From: an uncultured Bacteroidia bacterium
GTDB lineage: Bacteria; Bacteroidota; Bacteroidia; Palsa-948
Length of the DNA stretch: 64,000 nucleotides
Reading direction: 5' to 3'
Assembly: GCA_964481195.1 (NCBI GenBank)
Contig: CAYZTB010000005.1
Span: 10,138-74,137 of the forward strand
Made by a program: the position numbers and the translations under genes. Of the stretch, positions 1-8,930 are shown one piece after another. The notes under the pieces are model-generated. The model was not told the DNA's origin, did not search any database, and was given only the letters and a program-made list of their open reading frames with translations. Each line of letters begins with the position of its first letter. The stretch's first letter is position 1.

Positions 1-2025
1 GGTACTTCCATCTTCGAAATTTATTTTAATGTTGTTAAAGTAGGGCAACCCAATGTCAAAATAATTATTGCCCGGACAAACAGCATATAAACCCATGGAG
101 CTCATAACATACCAGGCACTCATTTGTCCGCAATCCTCATTTCCTATTAATCCATCGGGTGTAGGTTTGTAAAAATCATCTAAGATTTGCTTTACACGAT
201 ATTTAGTTTTTTCAGGCTTCCCAATGTAGTTATATAGATAAGCCATGTGATGGCTGGGCTCATTGCCATGAGCATACTGACCGATTAACCCAGTAATATC
301 TGCTTGTTCCCTGCCCGTAGTTTTACTGCTAGTCGAAAATAGTTCGTCCATTTTTTTTTCAAACTTATCGGCACCTCCCATTAATTTAATCATTGCCGGA
401 ATATTCTGTGGGACAAAAAAAGTATACTGCCAACTGTTTCCTTCGGTGAAATTATTATCCACCCGTTTGGGGTCAAAATTGTATTGCCAGCCACCGTTGC
501 TACGAGGCTGCATAAATCCAGTTTCTGGATTAAAAATATTTTTCCAGGATTGTGCTCTGCTGCTATACACTTTATAGAGGCTGTCTTTCCCCAAGGCATT
601 GGCAAACTGGGCTATACACCAATCATCGTAAGCATATTCCAACGTTTTCGAAACACTTTCCGATTCATCTTCCACTTCCAGAAATCCATTTTTTCGATAG
701 GAATTCAGCCCACGGTAATTATTTAAATTGCTCATATCAACCATCGCTTGCATAGCAAGTTCAGCATCAAAATCATTTATTCCTTTTGCGTAAGCATCTG
801 CAATAACGCTTACTGCATGGTAACCTATCATACAATCTGTTTCATTCGAGGAAAGCTCCCAAACAGGCAGCCTCCCTGTTTGTTTATACATTTCTAAAAA
901 TGTTTTAATTATATCTAGCACTCGATTTTGCTCTATCAAAGTAAGCAGCGGATGCAATGCCCGAAAGGTATCCCATAAAGAAAAAACAGAATAATAGTTA
1001 AACCCTACTGCCTTGTAAATTTTATTGTCCATGCCTCTATAACTGCCGTCAATATCGGAAGCGATACTAGGATGAATCATGCAATGATACAGAGCCGAGT
1101 AAAAAGTTTTTAGCTTACCTACCTGATCGCTAGAAACTTCAATTTCAGAAAGCTGCTTATCCCACGTTGCAGCTGCATCATTTTTTGTTTTATCAAAATT
1201 CCAATCTGGGATTTCTGCTTCAAGATTTTTCCATGCCCCTACTTCGCTTACAGAAGATATTCCAACTTTTGCATAAATAGTTTTGCCGCTTGATGTGTTA
1301 AAAGAAAAAATGGCCTTAACATTTGAGCCTTCGTATAAATTATTTTTTAAGACCTTACCTCGTACAGCCTCTTCCTCGTCAATAAAAATTTCAAATTCAA
1401 AAGACTGAGAAAATTCGATGGCATAAAAAACTGTTTGCTGTTGCGCCCAGGCTTGACTAATTCTGCATCCTTCAAGTTTGTGATTACCCAGCACTTTTAC
1501 ATAAGAGCCTGGTAATGTTTTATCTCTGTGTGTAAGATCCAAAACAACATTTTTATTACCTGAATTATTAAACACATATTTGTGAAATCCAGCCCTAGTT
1601 GTAGAGGTTAATTCTACCTCAATGTTGTCGTCTTCCAACTTTACTGCATAATATCCTGCATTTGCTTTTTCATTTTTATGTAAAAACTTTGACGAATATA
1701 TTTTTTTATCTACCGAATGTTCGGATGTTGGCATGAGTAGGATGTCTCCCCAGTCGCTAACGCCTGTACCACTTAAATGGGTATGAGAAAACCCATAGAT
1801 AACAGAATCCGAATAATGATAGCCACTACAACCATCCCAACTTCCATCTATGCGAGTATCTGGTGACAGCTGCACCATCCCAAACGGAAGTGTAGCGCCC
1901 GGAAACGTATGTCCATGTCCGCCTGTGCCAGTCATCGGATCTACATACTGAGAATAGTTTTTTTGCTGAGCATTACACAACAGAAAATTAAGTAGCGAAA
2001 AGAAAATTAAAAAAAACTGTTTCAT
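1..2025 (-). CDS. Glycoside hydrolase family 92 alpha-1,2-mannosidase; N-terminus and signal peptide are in the window, C-terminus runs off the window start
   Basis: The ATG at 2025-2023 gives MKQFFLIFFSLLNFLLCNAQ (signal peptide). This is followed by YVDPMTGTGGHGHTFPGATLPFGMVQLSPDT, the classic GH92 N-terminal motif, and later by the YDDW core. The frame stays open for 675 codons down to position 1. It is missing from the ORF track only because no stop lies inside the window. Confidence 0.8.
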   Translation of the reverse strand, partial: MKQFFLIFFSLLNFLLCNAQQKNYSQYVDPMTGTGGHGHTFPGATLPFGMVQLSPDTRIDGSWDGCSGYHYSDSVIYGFSHTHLSGTGVSDWGDILLMPTSEHSVDKKIYSSKFLHKNEKANAGYYAVKLEDDNIEVELTSTTRAGFHKYVFNNSGNKNVVLDLTHRDKTLPGSYVKVLGNHKLEGCRISQAWAQQQTVFYAIEFSQSFEFEIFIDEEEAVRGKVLKNNLYEGSNVKAIFSFNTSSGKTIYAKVGISSVSEVGAWKNLEAEIPDWNFDKTKNDAAATWDKQLSEIEVSSDQVGKLKTFYSALYHCMIHPSIASDIDGSYRGMDNKIYKAVGFNYYSVFSLWDTFRALHPLLTLIEQNRVLDIIKTFLEMYKQTGRLPVWELSSNETDCMIGYHAVSVIADAYAKGINDFDAELAMQAMVDMSNLNNYRGLNSYRKNGFLEVEDESESVSKTLEYAYDDWCIAQFANALGKDSLYKVYSSRAQSWKNIFNPETGFMQPRSNGGWQYNFDPKRVDNNFTEGNSWQYTFFVPQNIPAMIKLMGGADKFEKKMDELFSTSSKTTGREQADITGLIGQYAHGNEPSHHMAYLYNYIGKPEKTKYRVKQILDDFYKPTPDGLIGNEDCGQMSAWYVMSSMGLYAVCPGNNYFDIGLPYFNNIKINFEDGST

Positions 2026-2030
2026 GCTAA

Positions 2031-3473
2031 TTATTTTTGAGCTGAGCCGTAATCAATACCCTGTTTTAAAAGAATGCCTCTAGCTTTCCATCCATAAAAA
2101 GCCAAATAAAGAAAACAACATACTCCTACCAAGTAGCTAGCTTGAATGCCTAGTCTATTATCTCCAGCAAGATATCCCTGCAGCCAGCTTACCAACCCTC
2201 CACCCATTATCATCATAATTAAAAAACTGGAGGCATCGTTTGTATGTTTTCCTAATCCCGCAATTGAAAGTGTAAAAATGCAAGGCCACATGGTAGAACA
2301 AAATAATCCAACACTGATGAAAGCATAAACGCTTACAATGCCATTAGCGAAAATACCAATGAGAAGAGCCAATATTCCCAGCGAAGAGAAGATGATTAAT
2401 TGCTTTGCCGGATTTCCTCTACTGAAAATATCAGCCACAATTATTACTACAATTAGTACGGAATAAATGTAGAAAGGTGCTAAATCATGATTAGCTAAAT
2501 AATTTACAAGTAGAAAAATCCCAAAAGCGGCATAGGGTAAAATAAAATTTAATATGTGCCTAACTCCTTTTTTTACACGGAAGGCACCCACTGCACTAGT
2601 CCACCTGCCAATCATTAGGCTGGCCCAGAAAAGAGAAACGTATGGAGCTACCTCCCCAGTTTGAGTACCTAGGTGCTGACGCATAAACTCTGGGAGATTA
2701 GAAGCTGTGGAAACTTCCACTCCCACATAAAGAAAAATCCCCAGCATACCAAGTCGTAGCTGAGGATAGCTTAACGCAGAAGAATAAGTTGAGGTGTTTT
2801 TTATTTTTTCGAATTGTAATTCCTTTGCTTCTTCCTGATGAATAATTTTATTGGGAATGGAGGAGAATTTGAAAACAATGGCAGCTACAAAAAATGCAAC
2901 TCCTAAAATTAGATAAGGGGTTTTTACAGATTCTAAATTTTCTAATTTTTGACCTGCCGCAAGAGAGCCAAATATCGCTAAGCTTACCAATACTGGACCG
3001 ATGGTAGTACCCACATTATTAATTCCTCCAGCCAAACTTAATCGCTGAGCACCCATTTTGGGATCTCCCATATTGATGGCTAGCGGATTTGCAGCCGTTT
3101 GTTGTAGCGAAAATCCTAGGCCTACAATGAACAAGCCGCATATTATAAAACCAAATGATTCTGTCATAGCAGCAGAATAAAAGAATAATGTGCCCAAAGC
3201 TGAGATAACTAAACCGATGGCAATTCCATTTTTATAGCCAATTCTGTTTAGTAAATTTTCTTTTGTCATCTTGGATATTAAAAAATAAATAATAGAGCCC
3301 ACGGTGTATGCCACATAAAAGGCTACCGAAATCATTTGACTTTGCCACTGTTCCAGCCCTAGTTTTTCCTTAAATACAGGAATAAGAATATCGTTACTGG
3401 CTGCAACAAATCCCCAAAAAAAGAATACAGATATAAGCGTTATAAAAGGTGAAATGGGGGGCTTGTTATTCAT
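2031..3473 (-). CDS. MFS sugar:H+ symporter, FucP/GluP (fucose/glucose/galactose/mannose) family
   Basis: About 12 TM helices. The N-terminal FFWGFVAASNDILIPVFK motif is typical of FucP/GluP permeases. A 5-nt gap to the downstream GH92 gene indicates an operon. Confidence 0.8.
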   Translation of the reverse strand: MNNKPPISPFITLISVFFFWGFVAASNDILIPVFKEKLGLEQWQSQMISVAFYVAYTVGSIIYFLISKMTKENLLNRIGYKNGIAIGLVISALGTLFFYSAAMTESFGFIICGLFIVGLGFSLQQTAANPLAINMGDPKMGAQRLSLAGGINNVGTTIGPVLVSLAIFGSLAAGQKLENLESVKTPYLILGVAFFVAAIVFKFSSIPNKIIHQEEAKELQFEKIKNTSTYSSALSYPQLRLGMLGIFLYVGVEVSTASNLPEFMRQHLGTQTGEVAPYVSLFWASLMIGRWTSAVGAFRVKKGVRHILNFILPYAAFGIFLLVNYLANHDLAPFYIYSVLIVVIIVADIFSRGNPAKQLIIFSSLGILALLIGIFANGIVSVYAFISVGLFCSTMWPCIFTLSIAGLGKHTNDASSFLIMMIMGGGLVSWLQGYLAGDNRLGIQASYLVGVCCFLYLAFYGWKARGILLKQGIDYGSAQK

Positions 3474-3485
3474 GAAGAATGAATA

Positions 3486-4487
3486 CTATCTGATAATTAA
3501 ATTTACAGGCAATGTTATGCGTGTTTCGCTTGTTTTCTTTTCATCAAGTGCTTGCAATAACAGTTTTGCAGATTCTACACCTATCCTTTCTACCGGTTGC
3601 GCAATAGCTGTAATCGGTGGTGAAAAATGTTCGAAAATAGGAATGTCATCAAATGAGCAAAGAGTAAGATTATGATTTAGCTTCAATTCTTTCATACAAG
3701 AATAGGCGGCTAAAGCAAGAACATTATTTACTGTGAAAATGGCATCTGCGAATATTTTTTTAAGATAAATATCCTGAATGATTTTTTTAATTTCATCTTT
3801 CATGTTATCAAAATCCACCTCAATAATTTTGTAAAATGCAATTGATTTTGCATTTCTTTTACATGCTTCGACAAAACCATCCTTTCTTTCTGTGATTGGA
3901 CTAATTAAAGAATTAGAAAAAGTAATCATCGCAATGTGTTTCTTTCCCAGATCGACTAAATGCTTGACCATTAGTTGAGCACCTAGTTTATTTTCGACTG
4001 TAATAGAAACAAATTTTTTGTCTCGGAAAGTTCTATCAATTAGAATAAGAGGCTTTCCAGATTTATTAATTTTATCGTAATTTTTTGAAGAAGCAAAACA
4101 AGAAGCAACAATAAGACCATCAACGTTCCAATTCAGTAGCGTATCAATTAAATTAGACTCCTTTTTCTCCTCCTCGTTTGTATTACATACAATTAGATGA
4201 TACCCCCTTTTAGAAACAATTTCCTCAATTGTTTTTGCAATTACCGAATAAAATGAATTTGAAATATCTGGTATGACGAGCCCAATGATGTTAGTTTTTC
4301 CTGTACGTAAGCTTCTTGCAAAACGATTGGGTTGATAATTCAACTTTTTTACAATAGCAATTACCTTTTTTTGAGTTTCCTTGCTAATCTTATGCTCATC
4401 TCCTTTTCCATTCAATACTAAAGAAACTAAGGTTTTTGATAACCCTAATTTCTCTGCAACCATCTGTAAAGAGACCTTTTTGGACAT
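3486..4487 (-). CDS. LacI-family transcriptional regulator; the internal Met at 4487 is the likely true start (the ORF track starts at 4556)
   Basis: MSKKVSLQMVAEKLGLSKTLVSLVLNGK is a LacI HTH, followed by a periplasmic-binding-protein fold. A TACCTTTG -7 element lies 12 nt upstream of the 4487 ATG. That element would fall inside the longer ORF version. Confidence 0.85.
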   Translation of the reverse strand: MSKKVSLQMVAEKLGLSKTLVSLVLNGKGDEHKISKETQKKVIAIVKKLNYQPNRFARSLRTGKTNIIGLVIPDISNSFYSVIAKTIEEIVSKRGYHLIVCNTNEEEKKESNLIDTLLNWNVDGLIVASCFASSKNYDKINKSGKPLILIDRTFRDKKFVSITVENKLGAQLMVKHLVDLGKKHIAMITFSNSLISPITERKDGFVEACKRNAKSIAFYKIIEVDFDNMKDEIKKIIQDIYLKKIFADAIFTVNNVLALAAYSCMKELKLNHNLTLCSFDDIPIFEHFSPPITAIAQPVERIGVESAKLLLQALDEKKTSETRITLPVNLIIR

Positions 4488-4497
4488 ATTAATTGAG

Positions 4498-4505
4498 CAA
4501 AGGTA
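4498..4505 (-). promoter_or_regulatory. Bacteroidetes sigma-A -7 element TAnnTTTG (TACCTTTG on the minus strand) for the lacI-MFS-GH92 operon
   Basis: Exact TAnnTTTG match 12 nt upstream of the lacI ATG at 4487. Confidence 0.45.
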
Positions 4506-4564
4506 GGAGAATCTAATTAAAATCACATAAGATTTGGTGGTAATAAAATATTTCATACATTTGA

Positions 4565-4599
4565 CTAAATCAATTTAGTTGTTAATTAAATCGATTTAA
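4565..4599. promoter_or_regulatory. Two related palindromes, candidate LacI-family operators. CTAAATCaATTTAG is at 4565-4578 and TTAAATCGATTTAA (perfect, 14 bp, central CG) is at 4586-4599, with centres 21 bp apart.
   Basis: Read directly from the sequence. They sit in the divergent region between the lacI operon and the adhesin gene at 4631. A central CG within an AT-rich palindrome is typical of LacI-family operators. Confidence 0.4.
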
Positions 4600-4630
4600 A
4601 TACACTAGCTAACCCTAACACAACCATACA

Positions 4631-7540
4631 ATGAAAAACTGCATTGGGGAAAATTTCAAAGGAGCTTCGGCTATTACTTTATTACTTTTTTTTTCCTTCT
4701 TTAATTTGAATGGGCAAGTTTGTATTATTTCCCCAATAAATATTACAGCAAACACCACCCCTGCAACCTGTATTATTGGAGGATCAGCAACCGTTAATAT
4801 CACAAATGGTTTTCCACCCTACACCTATTCTTGGTTTCCTAATGTAAGCAGCACTAAATCAGCCAGCAATCTTGCGCCTGGCACCTATTCCGTTAATGTA
4901 ATGGACACGCGATGTCATTCTCAACCAGGTCAGGAACTGGTTGTGAATGGAAATTTTAGTAGTGGCAATACCGGCTTTACAAGTGGCTATACGTATTGCA
5001 ACACCTCTCAATGTCTATTCACTGAAGGATATTATAGTGTTGGATCCAATCCTCAGTTCTATCACTCAAACTTTTTTGGCACCGACCATACAACCGGAAA
5101 CGGGAACTTTATGATTATTAACGGGAACACCATTCAGGGCATTTCCATTTGGTGCCAAACTGTTAATGTTACTCCAAACACTAACTATATATTTTCAACC
5201 TGGCTTAGCGCCATGAATACAACCAGCCCTGCACAACTGCAATTTTCAATAAATGGAACAGCAATAGGGAATAATTTTTTTGCACCTTCCACTACTAATA
5301 GTTGGATTCAGTTTTGCACCGTATGGAATTCTGGCTCTAATACAACTGCAAATATTTGCATCGATAATCAAAGCATTATCCTGGCTGGAAATGATTTTGG
5401 GCTAGATGATATTTCATTTCGCCCCTGCTCTCCTGCTACTTTAACATTCACAATTGCACCTCCTCCACCTGTAGTAAGCGCAGCAAATTCTTCCAACGCG
5501 GTATGTGGAGGATTTGGAACAGCTAATGTTGCTGCTAGCGGAGGAACTCCAACCTATTCCTACTCTTGGAGTAACGGACAAAGTACTTCTTCAGTGGCCG
5601 GGCTGACAACAGGAATATATTCTGTCACAGTAACAGATGGTGCTGGCTGTACATCCACTAACACTGTATCAATTTTAAATACCGGAAGCCTCACAGCAAC
5701 TGCTGGACCAAATACAACAATTTGCTCCGGCTCATCGCAGTCTCTTATTCTCAATGCATCAGGTGGCAGTAATTATTTATGGTCCACTTCGGCTACAACC
5801 AGCTCTATCTCTGTTTCTCCTGCTACTACTACATCGTACTCTGTTATCGTGTCAAAAGGCAACTGCGCAGATACGGGATATGTTACAGTAACCGTTAATC
5901 CACAACCTACGGCAATCCCATCAGGCACAAATATTTGTTTTAATAATCAAACTAATTTTACTGATCTCTCAACAGGAAACAATTCAATTTCTAATTGGGC
6001 CTGGGATTTTGGCGATGGAAATAACTCCAGCATTCAAAACCCCGGGCATACTTATTCAAGCGCAGGACCTTTTACTGTTACATTAATTGTTACAAATAAT
6101 TTTGGATGTAAAGACACAAATTCAGTTGTAGTAAACGTATTTCCACTGCCGCTGGCCAATTTCACCTTCTCAAATGCTTGTTTTGGAAATCCCGTTTCAT
6201 TTACTAACTTATCAAGCGTTTCATCTGGCAGCATCACTGCATGGAGCTGGAATTTTGGTGATCCGAATTCAGGAACAAACAATATTTCAAATACGACATC
6301 CCCAACACATATTTTTTCTGCCGCAGGAAATTACGTTGTTGTTCTTACCGTAACATCCAGCGATGGATGTCAAAACACATTGAATCTTTCAATTGCAATT
6401 AGCTCGCCTCCAGTGGCAATGTTTACGAACATTTCTAGTTGCTTGAATAATCCAACTAGCTACACCAACAACTCTACATCACCTGCTATTGATCCCATAA
6501 ATGCATGGACTTGGAATTTTGGGGATGGCTCCACTAATTCGATATTGCAAACTCCTTCACATACGTACGCAACAGCTGGCACATTCACTACTACATTACT
6601 AGTAACAACGATTGCTGGGTGTAAAGACACCACTACTAACATCGTTACAGTATATAATTTGCCGGTAGTTAACTTTTCTGATTCAGCAAAGGGATGTTCT
6701 CCAGTTTGTGGAAAATTTACTGATCTTTCCTCCGCTACAAGTGGAACTATAAACTCCTGGCTGTGGAGTTTTCCAGGCGGGAATCCTTCCACATCAACCT
6801 CTTCCTCTCCATCCGTTTGCTGGACATCTCCCGGTTCTTATGCCGTACAATTGGTTGTCACTTCTTCAGTAGGTTGCACTGATTCTGTGATTAAACATCA
6901 ATACGTTCAGGTTTACCCCTGGCCTACTGCTGATTTCTGCGTAGCTCCGGATAAAGCACCTGCCACTAATCCAGTATTTAATTTCTGCGATTTATGGTCA
7001 AAGGATGTGGTTCAATGGACTTGGAATTTTGGAGATAACACAACAGATGTCACAAACACAGACCCAACACATTCTTACTTATCTGCAATTACGGGAAATG
7101 ATTTTTACAATTTCAATGTTTGCTTGCAAGTTCAAAATCAATACGGCTGCTGGGATACTACTTGCAAAACTGTGGAATTAATTCCCGAATATGTGTTCTA
7201 TATACCTAATACATTTACGCCAAACTCGGATATGACCAATGATTTTTTCTTTGGGAAAGGAAGGGGAATTAAGGAATATAGCATTTGGTTATTTGACCGA
7301 TGGGGAAATCAAATATGGGACTGCCATATTTCCGAAAATAATAAAGACCTAGATAACAATGGGAAGGATGGACTTTCATCACTTTGCCAATGGAATGGAA
7401 ATGTGGAAGGAGGCGGCATGGATATGGGTGGAAACACCAACAAACTTGCTCAAGAAGATGTGTATGTGTGGAAAGTAAATCTTACTGATATTTTTGATCG
7501 CAGGCATACATACGTTGGGCATGTAAACGTAATAAGGTAG
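4631..7540 (+). CDS. Secreted multidomain adhesin (paralogue A): signal peptide, two SprB repeats, a CBM4/9/22-like beta-sandwich, about five PKD domains, and a T9SS type-B C-terminal sorting domain
   Basis: The SprB-repeat pattern is GGSATVNITNGFPPYTYSW...GTYSVNVMD and ASGGTPTYSYSWSNGQ...GIYSVTVTDGAGC. The CBM-like stretch is LVVNGNFSSGNTGFTSGY...DDISF. The PKD pattern is WAWDFGDGNNSSIQNPGHTY. The type-B CTD is YIPNTFTPNSDMTNDFFFGKGRGIKEYSIWLFDRWGNQIW. Confidence 0.8.
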   Translation: MKNCIGENFKGASAITLLLFFSFFNLNGQVCIISPINITANTTPATCIIGGSATVNITNGFPPYTYSWFPNVSSTKSASNLAPGTYSVNVMDTRCHSQPGQELVVNGNFSSGNTGFTSGYTYCNTSQCLFTEGYYSVGSNPQFYHSNFFGTDHTTGNGNFMIINGNTIQGISIWCQTVNVTPNTNYIFSTWLSAMNTTSPAQLQFSINGTAIGNNFFAPSTTNSWIQFCTVWNSGSNTTANICIDNQSIILAGNDFGLDDISFRPCSPATLTFTIAPPPPVVSAANSSNAVCGGFGTANVAASGGTPTYSYSWSNGQSTSSVAGLTTGIYSVTVTDGAGCTSTNTVSILNTGSLTATAGPNTTICSGSSQSLILNASGGSNYLWSTSATTSSISVSPATTTSYSVIVSKGNCADTGYVTVTVNPQPTAIPSGTNICFNNQTNFTDLSTGNNSISNWAWDFGDGNNSSIQNPGHTYSSAGPFTVTLIVTNNFGCKDTNSVVVNVFPLPLANFTFSNACFGNPVSFTNLSSVSSGSITAWSWNFGDPNSGTNNISNTTSPTHIFSAAGNYVVVLTVTSSDGCQNTLNLSIAISSPPVAMFTNISSCLNNPTSYTNNSTSPAIDPINAWTWNFGDGSTNSILQTPSHTYATAGTFTTTLLVTTIAGCKDTTTNIVTVYNLPVVNFSDSAKGCSPVCGKFTDLSSATSGTINSWLWSFPGGNPSTSTSSSPSVCWTSPGSYAVQLVVTSSVGCTDSVIKHQYVQVYPWPTADFCVAPDKAPATNPVFNFCDLWSKDVVQWTWNFGDNTTDVTNTDPTHSYLSAITGNDFYNFNVCLQVQNQYGCWDTTCKTVELIPEYVFYIPNTFTPNSDMTNDFFFGKGRGIKEYSIWLFDRWGNQIWDCHISENNKDLDNNGKDGLSSLCQWNGNVEGGGMDMGGNTNKLAQEDVYVWKVNLTDIFDRRHTYVGHVNVIR

Positions 7541-7597
7541 TTAATCATTTATATTAAAAATACGAAACGCATAAAATATATAACTAAATATTAAACC

Positions 7598-8839
7598 ATG
7601 AAATTATTTCAAATCCTGTTTGTACTTATCATTTTCTCTTCTATCTGCAAAGCAGATACCACCATTACTGCATTTAACAATGTGCATCAAAAATTTGGAG
7701 GAGGTCTCGATACAAGAACCGTTGTAGATACATTTTTGTTCCCCACTAATTTAGATTCATCTAGTGCAATTAAAATGCACCTTACTTTGAATTGCCCTGC
7801 TGGTGGATGTGACCCATGGGATCGATTTGCGAAAATCCAAGCGTTTCACAACAACGAATGGTTTGAAATTGGTAGATACATGACTCCCTATAAAAAATCC
7901 TGCGGCTGGATATTGGATGTATCGGATTATCGTTCTATGCTTAGCGATACGGTCATCTTAAAATCGTTTATTGATACATGGGTAAATCCAGGCTGGCTTG
8001 TGCATATTGATTTTGAATTTATAAGCGGAACTCCCGCAAATAAAATAATAAAGGTCGAAAATCTTTGGGTAAGCGATAATGTAGTGTATGGCGACAACTC
8101 ACAACCTATTACACTACCGGCAATTACTAAAACAATAGATGCAAGTGCTACACTTGTAAAATTAAGAATGGTAAATACCGGTCATGGACAAGGTAACACA
8201 GATAATGCAGCAGAGTTCTCACAGAAAACTCATAACATACTGGTAAATGGAAGTACTGCTTTTTCACAATTACTATGGAGATCTAATTGCGGTTCAAACC
8301 CATGTTCGCCACAAAGCGGCACCTGGCAGTATAATCGAGCAGGATGGTGTCCTGGAGCAGATGTAATCCCAAACAATTATGATATAACTTCAAAAATTAC
8401 CCCAGGTCAGCCTGCTACGTTAGGGTACCAACTTCAAAACTATACGAATCAATGTAGTCCTAATAACCCCAGTTGTGTTACTGGCAGTACGTGTACCGAT
8501 TGTAAGTATAATTACAACGGACACACTGAACCTCATTATAAAATTTCAGCACAACTTATCTCTTACTTAAGCAACGCAACTGGGATTTCGGGATTACAAA
8601 AAGAAATTGCTCTATCCATATTTCCAAATCCTACAAATGGTTTATTTACCGTAAATCTATCAGAAAAAAACTTACTTGTTACGTTAGCTATTTTTAACGT
8701 GATTGGAAAAAGAATATGGCTTGAAGATTTATTGCCTGGGAACAATTACATAGACCTTTCCACACTGCCTAAAGGAATATATATTTTGTCTTTTAATTCT
8801 GAAAATTCTAATAGCATAAAAAAGCTCGTAATTGAGTAA
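7598..8839 (+). CDS. PNGase F (peptide-N4-(N-acetyl-beta-glucosaminyl)asparagine amidase F) homologue with a T9SS type-A C-terminal sorting domain
   Basis: Signal peptide. The blocks CDPWDRFAKIQAFHNNEWFEIGRYMTPY, ILDVSDYRSMLSD...DTW...IDFEFISGTP and NRAGWCPGADV align with Elizabethkingia PNGase F (CDEWDRYANVYV..GEWYEIGRFITPY; EIDVTDFKSLLSG; DRAGWCPGMAV). The C-terminus LSIFPNPTNGLFTVNL...KGIYILSF...KKLVIE is a Por secretion tail. Confidence 0.8.
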   Translation: MKLFQILFVLIIFSSICKADTTITAFNNVHQKFGGGLDTRTVVDTFLFPTNLDSSSAIKMHLTLNCPAGGCDPWDRFAKIQAFHNNEWFEIGRYMTPYKKSCGWILDVSDYRSMLSDTVILKSFIDTWVNPGWLVHIDFEFISGTPANKIIKVENLWVSDNVVYGDNSQPITLPAITKTIDASATLVKLRMVNTGHGQGNTDNAAEFSQKTHNILVNGSTAFSQLLWRSNCGSNPCSPQSGTWQYNRAGWCPGADVIPNNYDITSKITPGQPATLGYQLQNYTNQCSPNNPSCVTGSTCTDCKYNYNGHTEPHYKISAQLISYLSNATGISGLQKEIALSIFPNPTNGLFTVNLSEKNLLVTLAIFNVIGKRIWLEDLLPGNNYIDLSTLPKGIYILSFNSENSNSIKKLVIE

Positions 8840-8930
8840 TAATATTATTACTTACATCATTGATTCGCATTCAAAAAAACCATTAAAAAATACATATCAT
8901 TCGATATTGTATTCTTCCTACTTTTGATGC

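Noticed and set aside
390-755. Three small ORFs (71, 80 and 67 aa) on both strands
   Set aside because: They lie entirely inside or antisense to the long open GH92 frame and have no recognisable features, so they are spurious.
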